Origin: a virus
Taxonomy: Duplodnaviria > Heunggongvirae > Uroviricota > Caudoviricetes
Length of the DNA: 41,802 nucleotides
Strand: one strand, 5' to 3'
IMG/VR virus record: IMGVR_UViG_2541047852_000009
Below, one piece after another: positions 37,190-41,802 of this stretch. The position numbers and the translations under genes were made by a program. Numbering within the stretch: position 1 is the first letter of the stretch; each line of letters opens with the position of its first letter. Below the pieces are notes generated by a model, which was given only the letters and a program-made list of their open reading frames with translations, did no database searches and was not told the DNA's origin.

Positions 37190-37222
37190 TTGACAATGTA
37201 CCCTTGAGATACATAATGTATC
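37190..37222 (+). promoter_or_regulatory. Early-left (pL-analogue) promoter with overlapping operator palindrome
   Basis: Consensus -35 TTGACA (37190-37195), 16-nt spacer, -10 CATAAT (37212-37217); perfect palindrome GATACATAATGTATC (37208-37222) over the -10. Confidence 0.5.
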
Positions 37223-37223
37223 T

Positions 37224-37700
37224 AAAAGAAACATGTCACAGGCAAGATTAAACAAAATTTGGTTGTAACACGGCGTATGGCACATGCGTCGTTAGCGGTC
37301 TGGGGACGTTAAAGGGGACAATCCACTCCTTGCTCGGGCAAACAAACCAGGTAGCCGGAATGTGCAAGTCAATGATGATGCTGATAAGACGCCTAACCAG
37401 CGTGGCGGTTCGGTTTGACACCTGGGAAGAGACCAGGGTGCAACGATGAGGGCATTTATGGAACCGCGACAAAGTGTGGTGCCGTAACTGGCTAAGTGCT
37501 CTCAGCGTTGTGGTGAATGCGCAGGCTGATGCGCGAAAGACATTGCAGCTATTGCGGAAAAGAGCTGTTCGGCGGGGCAATTAAACGCCCGTGAGAGTCT
37601 GAAATAACCGCAAGCCGGAGATCAGCACCGGTCACCACAACAGCCACTGCTTTGGCGGTACCAGTTTGTACACTTGCTTCCGGCTGGTACCGCTCTTTTT
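37224..37700 (+). ncRNA. Candidate long untranslated leader / ncRNA (~480 nt) ending at an internal intrinsic terminator
   Basis: No plausible ORF on either strand; extensive inverted repeats; ends at the terminator 37655-37700. Confidence 0.3.
37655..37700 (+). terminator. Strong intrinsic terminator inside the early-left leader
   Basis: Perfect 10-bp inverted repeat GCGGTACCAG (37655-37664) / CTGGTACCGC (37684-37693), 19-nt loop, then TCTTTTT. Confidence 0.55.
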
Positions 37701-37837
37701 ACAAAACAGAGAAGAGCATCACCGGACGACGGGCTCATAACCCAATCCATCCGGGCGGCTGCCACCGCAGGTGTTCTTCTCTGTTTTGTGGAGAAACTAA
37801 CCGACCTTACAGGGTCGATATGATGAGGAGCAGCAAA

Positions 37838-38200
37838 ATGGCTAGCGAACGCAGTACTGATGTGCAGGCATTTATCGGGGAGCTGGACGGCGGCGTATTT
37901 GAAACCAAAATCGGCGCAGTTCTCAGTGAAGTCGCTTCCGGTGTGATGAACACGAAAACCAAAGGTAAGGTCTCACTCAACCTGGAAATCGAACCATTTG
38001 ATGAGAACCGTGTGAAAATCAAACACAAACTCTCATATGTTCGCCCGACTAACCGCGGGAAAATTTCCGAAGAAGACACCACCGAAACGCCGATGTATGT
38101 CAATCGCGGTGGTCGCCTGACTATTCTGCAGGAAGACCAGGGACAATTACTGACTCTTGCCGGTGAACCTGACGGAAAACTCCGCGCAGCAGGTCATTAA
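37838..38200 (+). CDS. YfdP-like early protein
   Basis: 120 aa from ATG 37838 with GAGGAG RBS; first gene of the early-left operon; resembles the CPS-53/KplE1 yfdP position. Confidence 0.55.
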   Translation: MASERSTDVQAFIGELDGGVFETKIGAVLSEVASGVMNTKTKGKVSLNLEIEPFDENRVKIKHKLSYVRPTNRGKISEEDTTETPMYVNRGGRLTILQEDQGQLLTLAGEPDGKLRAAGH

Positions 38201-38265
38201 TATCGTTCTTAATTAACTGATTATTTATCTCATCACTGAATATCTTTATATAGTGAGGACTTATT

Positions 38266-39090
38266 ATGTCTCAGAACTTAGACGCAACCGCAATTAATCA
38301 AATCCATGCCCTTATTTCTGCTCAGGGTGTTAATGAAATTATCAGTAAGATTGGTGCCGATGCTGTGGCATTGCCTGAGAATTTCCGCATTCATGATCTG
38401 GAAAAATTTAATTTAAATCGCTTCCGTTTCCGTGGTGCGCTTTCCACTGCCAGCATCGATGACTTTACCCGTTATTCTAAAGATCTTGCAGATGAAGGCA
38501 CCCGCTGCTTTATCGATGCTGATAATATGCGAGCCGTCAGTGTGCTTAACCTAGGTACTATTGATGAACCAGGTCACGCAGATAACACCGCCACTCTCAA
38601 ACTGAAAAAGACAGCACCGTTCTCTGCCCTGTTGTCTGTTAACGGCGAGCGTAACTCCCAGAAGTCACTGGCAGAATGGATTGAAGACTGGGCCGACTAC
38701 CTTGTGGGCTTTGATGCTAATGGTGACGCCATTCAGGCAACAAAAGCGGCTGCGGCGGTCCGTAAAATCACGATTGAAGCAAACCAGACCGCTGATTTTG
38801 AAGACAATGACTTCAGCGGCAAACGCTCTCTGATGGAGTCTGTCGAAGCGAAAACCAAAGACATTATGCCAGTAGCATTTGAGTTTAAATGCGTTCCGTT
38901 TGAAGGCCTGAAAGAACGTCCGTTTAAATTACGCCTCAGCATTATCACTGGTGATCGCCCTGTACTGGTTCTGCGCATTATTCAGCTGGAAGCAGTACAG
39001 GAAGAAATGGCTAACGAATTTCGTGATCTGCTTGTTGAAAAATTCAAAGACAGCAAAGTAGAAACCTTTATTGGTACTTTCACCGCCTGA
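38266..39090 (+). CDS. YfdQ-like protein (DUF2303-type)
   Basis: 274 aa; good RBS (GTGAGGA); size and order match the yfdP-Q-R-S-T cluster of E. coli cryptic prophage CPS-53 as recalled. Confidence 0.55.
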   Translation: MSQNLDATAINQIHALISAQGVNEIISKIGADAVALPENFRIHDLEKFNLNRFRFRGALSTASIDDFTRYSKDLADEGTRCFIDADNMRAVSVLNLGTIDEPGHADNTATLKLKKTAPFSALLSVNGERNSQKSLAEWIEDWADYLVGFDANGDAIQATKAAAAVRKITIEANQTADFEDNDFSGKRSLMESVEAKTKDIMPVAFEFKCVPFEGLKERPFKLRLSIITGDRPVLVLRIIQLEAVQEEMANEFRDLLVEKFKDSKVETFIGTFTA

Positions 39091-39217
39091 TTTCATTACT
39101 GCAAATGCCCCTGCGGGGGCATTTATGGAAACGTAATTAACTCAATAATCGCCTGATGGCGAGGGTTTTCTTTAACCAAAATTCAGCGCGGTGCAGCGCA
39201 TATACGTGGAGAACAAA

Positions 39218-39754
39218 ATGTCATTTATTAAAACTTTTTCCGGGAAGCATTTTTATTATGACAGGATAAATAAAGACGACATCGATATTAACGATATCGC
39301 GGTTTCCCTTTCAAATATCTGTCGCTTTGCCGGTCATCTTTCGCACTTCTACAGCGTCGCCCAACATGCGGTTCTTTGCAGCCAGTTGGTGCCGCAGGAA
39401 TTTGCTTTTGAAGCGTTAATGCATGATGCAACAGAAGCGTATTGCCAGGACATTCCCGCACCACTGAAACGCCTTCTTCCTGACTATAAACAAATGGAAG
39501 AAAAAATAGACGCCGTAATCCGTGAGAAATACGGGTTACCCCCAGTTATGAGTACGCCCGTGAAATATGCCGATCTCATCATGCTGGCAACCGAACGCCG
39601 CGATCTCGGGCTTGATGATGGCTCTTTCTGGCCTGTACTGGAAGGTATCCCGGCAACAGAGATGTTCAACGTGATTCCACTGGCACCGGGCCATGCCTAC
39701 GGGATGTTTATGGAACGCTTTAACGAGTTATCGGAGTTACGCAAATGCGCATGA
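39218..39754 (+). CDS. HD-domain phosphohydrolase (YfdR-like 5'-deoxynucleotidase)
   Basis: HD signature (H...HD: VAQHAV ... LMHDATEAY); start ATG 39218 with GGAG RBS. Confidence 0.7.
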   Translation: MSFIKTFSGKHFYYDRINKDDIDINDIAVSLSNICRFAGHLSHFYSVAQHAVLCSQLVPQEFAFEALMHDATEAYCQDIPAPLKRLLPDYKQMEEKIDAVIREKYGLPPVMSTPVKYADLIMLATERRDLGLDDGSFWPVLEGIPATEMFNVIPLAPGHAYGMFMERFNELSELRKCA

Positions 39755-40107
39755 ATGTTTTCGAAATGGAAGGGTTTCTTCGTGGGAGATGTGTACCGCG
39801 AGATCTGAAAGTAAATGAAACAGATGCTGAATACCTGGTGCGTAAATTCGATGCGCTTGAAGCTAAATGTGCAGCACAGGAAAACAAAGTAATACCAGTG
39901 TCAACTGAACTGCCACCAGCAAATGAAAGTGTTTTGTTATTCGATGCTAACGGAGAAGGCTGGCTAATTGGCTGGCGTTCTCTCTGGTACACCTGGGGAC
40001 AAAAAGAAACCGGAGAATGGCAGTGGACATTTCAGGTCGGGGACCTTGAAAACGTCAATATCACTCACTGGGCAGTAATGCCAAAAGCACCGGAGGCTGG
40101 AGCATAA
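39745..40107 (+). CDS. YfdS-like protein (DUF551-type)
   Basis: 120 aa; start overlaps the stop of the HD-domain gene. Confidence 0.5.
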   Translation: MRMNVFEMEGFLRGRCVPRDLKVNETDAEYLVRKFDALEAKCAAQENKVIPVSTELPPANESVLLFDANGEGWLIGWRSLWYTWGQKETGEWQWTFQVGDLENVNITHWAVMPKAPEAGA

Positions 40108-40412
40108 TGACCACTTTTACCGACAAAGAACTGATTAAAGAAATTAAAGAGCGTATCAGCAGCCTTGACGTGCGAGACGATATTGAGCGCCGTGCTTATG
40201 AAATCGCACTCCTATCTCTGGAAGTAGAACCAGATGAACGCGAATCTTATGAATTATTCATGGAAAAGCGTTTCGGTAACTTAGTAGATCGTCGGAGAGC
40301 AAAAAACGGCGATAACGAATACATGGCATGGGATATGACTCTCGGTTGGATCGTCTGGCAGCAACGAGCTGGTATCCATTTTTCAACAATGTCACAGCAA
40401 GAGGTGAAATAA
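40107..40412 (+). CDS. YfdT-like protein
   Basis: 101 aa; start overlaps the upstream stop; stop overlaps the xis start. Confidence 0.5.
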   Translation: MTTFTDKELIKEIKERISSLDVRDDIERRAYEIALLSLEVEPDERESYELFMEKRFGNLVDRRRAKNGDNEYMAWDMTLGWIVWQQRAGIHFSTMSQQEVK

Positions 40413-40783
40413 TGGAGCCATACAGCCTCACACTCGATGAGGCCTGTCAGTTTCTTAAGATATCCAGACCAACCGCCACCAACTGGATACGAACAGGCCG
40501 CCTACAGGCAACACGTAAAGATCCAACCAAGCCAAAATCTCCTTACCTCACAACACGGCAAGCTTGCATTGCGGCGCTTCAGTCTCCGCTGCATACTGTC
40601 CAGGTGAGCGCGGGTGATGGCATAACAGAGGAAAGAAAATGTCACTCTTCCGCAGAAATGAAATATGGTATGCCTCGTATTCGCTCCCGGGCGGGAAACG
40701 AATTAAGGAATCTCTTGGCACAAAGGACAAGCGGCAAGCTCAGGAGTTGCACGACAAGCGAAAAGCAGAACTCTGGCGAGTAG
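40412..40783 (+). CDS. xis: Excisionase (P22-type Xis, HTH)
   Basis: ATG 40412 with strong RBS GAGGTGA; N-terminal [28 protein letters not shown] typical of phage excisionase HTH; overlaps int by ~145 nt in another frame. Confidence 0.5.
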   Translation: MEPYSLTLDEACQFLKISRPTATNWIRTGRLQATRKDPTKPKSPYLTTRQACIAALQSPLHTVQVSAGDGITEERKCHSSAEMKYGMPRIRSRAGNELRNLLAQRTSGKLRSCTTSEKQNSGE

Positions 40784-41802
40784 AAAAGCTAGGGGATTTA
40801 CCTGATGTCACTTTTGAAGAGGCCTGCCTAAGATGGCTTGAGGAAAAAGCTGATAAAAAATCTCTCGATTCAGATAAAAGCCGGATTGAGTTCTGGCTTG
40901 AACATTTTGAGGGTATAAGGCTTAAAGATATCTCGGAGGCAAAGATTTACTCTGCTGTAAGCAGAATGCATAACAGAAAGACGAAAGAAATATGGAAACA
41001 GAAAGTTCAGGCCGCCATCAGGAAAGGTAAAGAACCGCCTGTTTATGAACCAAAGCCAGTATCAACTCAGACAAAGGCAAAGCATCTTGCCATGATAAAG
41101 GCCATTCTCCGTGCTGCAGAACGCGACTGGAAGTGGCTGGAAAAAGCGCCTGTCATCAAGATACCAGCGGTCAGAAACAAGCGAGTCAGATGGCTGGAAA
41201 AGGAGGAAGCAAAACGCCTTATTGATGAGTGCCCCGAACCACTGAAATCTGTCGTCAAGTTTGCGCTGGCAACTGGTCTGAGAAAGTCGAACATCATAAA
41301 TCTGGAATGGCAACAAATCGACATGCAGCGACGAGTTGCCTGGGTGAATCCAGAAGAGAGCAAATCAAACCGCGCCATTGGTGTGGCGCTGAACGATACC
41401 GCCTGTAAAGTGTTGCGTGATCAAATAGGCAAGCATCACAAATGGGTGTTTGTACATACCAAGGCGGCTAAGCGAGCAGATGGAACATCAACGCCTGCGG
41501 TCAGGAAGATGCGCATCGACAGCAAGACATCATGGCTATCAGCTTGTCGTCGTGCAGGAATTGAAGATTTCCGTTTCCATGACCTCAGACACACCTGGGC
41601 AAGCTGGCTGATCCAGTCAGGCGTCCCATTATCTGTGCTTCAGGAAATGGGCGGATGGGAGTCCATAGAAATGGTTCGTAGGTATGCTCACCTTGCGCCT
41701 AATCATTTGACAGAGCATGCAAGGAAAATAGACGACATTTTTGGTGATAATGTCCCAAATATGTCCCACTGTGGAATTATGGAGGATATAAAGAAGGCGT
41801 AA
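40639..41802 (+). CDS. int: Tyrosine integrase, P22-Int-like
   Basis: 387 aa; very similar to P22 integrase as recalled (MSLFRR...WYAS..LP.GKR...[15 protein letters not shown], catalytic [35 protein letters not shown]); RBS GAGGAAAG. Confidence 0.9.
   Translation: MSLFRRNEIWYASYSLPGGKRIKESLGTKDKRQAQELHDKRKAELWRVEKLGDLPDVTFEEACLRWLEEKADKKSLDSDKSRIEFWLEHFEGIRLKDISEAKIYSAVSRMHNRKTKEIWKQKVQAAIRKGKEPPVYEPKPVSTQTKAKHLAMIKAILRAAERDWKWLEKAPVIKIPAVRNKRVRWLEKEEAKRLIDECPEPLKSVVKFALATGLRKSNIINLEWQQIDMQRRVAWVNPEESKSNRAIGVALNDTACKVLRDQIGKHHKWVFVHTKAAKRADGTSTPAVRKMRIDSKTSWLSACRRAGIEDFRFHDLRHTWASWLIQSGVPLSVLQEMGGWESIEMVRRYAHLAPNHLTEHARKIDDIFGDNVPNMSHCGIMEDIKKA

Larger units (their letters stand above)
1..41802. 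mobile_element. Lambdoid prophage, near-complete; both ends run off the window
   Basis: Contiguous lambda-like gene order (stf, lom, J..Z, head, terminase, lysis, Q, nin, O, cro/cI, xis, int) recognised from ORF translations; int stop codon is the last 3 nt of the window. Confidence 0.9.

Noticed and set aside
37248-37580. 110-aa minus-strand ORF inside the early-left leader
   Set aside because: Low-complexity, non-protein-like translation, no RBS, opposite to the promoter; treated as a chance ORF.
37224-37700. Riboswitch (cobalamin/TPP-like) or retron msr/msd identity for the structured leader
   Set aside because: Only short motif fragments (e.g. AAAGGGGACAATCC, GCCACTG) were seen, which is insufficient without a covariance-model search; no reverse transcriptase gene follows, so retron is unlikely. 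Left as an unclassified ncRNA.
1-41802. Insertion sequences, transposases or a restriction-modification/abortive-infection operon
   Set aside because: No transposase-like ORF or terminal inverted repeats found; the only methyltransferases are an orphan Dam-like gene and a truncated remnant with no adjacent nuclease.

Overview
The window is one near-complete lambdoid (siphovirus-type) prophage of an enterobacterial host, lying inverted so that the late genes read on the minus strand and the integrase reads off the right edge. All calls come from reading the sequence and ORF translations and from remembered protein families; no database search, RNA covariance scan or folding computation was run. 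Order from left to right: tail-fibre accessory ORFs, side tail fibre (Stf), Lom, the lambda-like tail genes J-I-K-L-M-H-T/G-V-U-Z, head genes (protease-capsid fusion, portal, gpW, terminase large and small), a candidate cos region, the lysis cassette (Rz/Rz1, SAR-type endolysin, S21-like pinholin, with extra inserted ORFs), a NanS-p-like esterase, three tRNA genes, antiterminator Q, a nin-like region (DUF968, KilA-N, RusA, LexA-DNA-binding-domain protein, N6-adenine methyltransferase, PerC-like), an O-like replication protein with internal iterons, the immunity region (cII/YdaT-like, cro, operators, cI), then an early-left operon (YfdP/Q/R/S/T-like), P22-like xis and int. No Shiga-toxin genes sit at the tRNA-to-NanS-p position where 933W-type phages carry them. 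I did not recognise a clear-cut multi-gene defence system. The most interesting unexplained signals are RNA-level: a roughly 480-nt untranslated RNA downstream of a near-consensus promoter between cI and the first early-left gene, where lambda has N; a promoter-plus-terminator sRNA candidate in a 246-bp insert between tail genes I and J; a second sRNA-like unit antisense to the late transcript upstream of the lysis genes; and small hydrophobic ORFs and an opposite-strand gene inserted in the lysis cassette. The nin-region operon coupling a LexA DNA-binding-domain-only protein to an orphan adenine methyltransferase is the most interesting protein-level observation.
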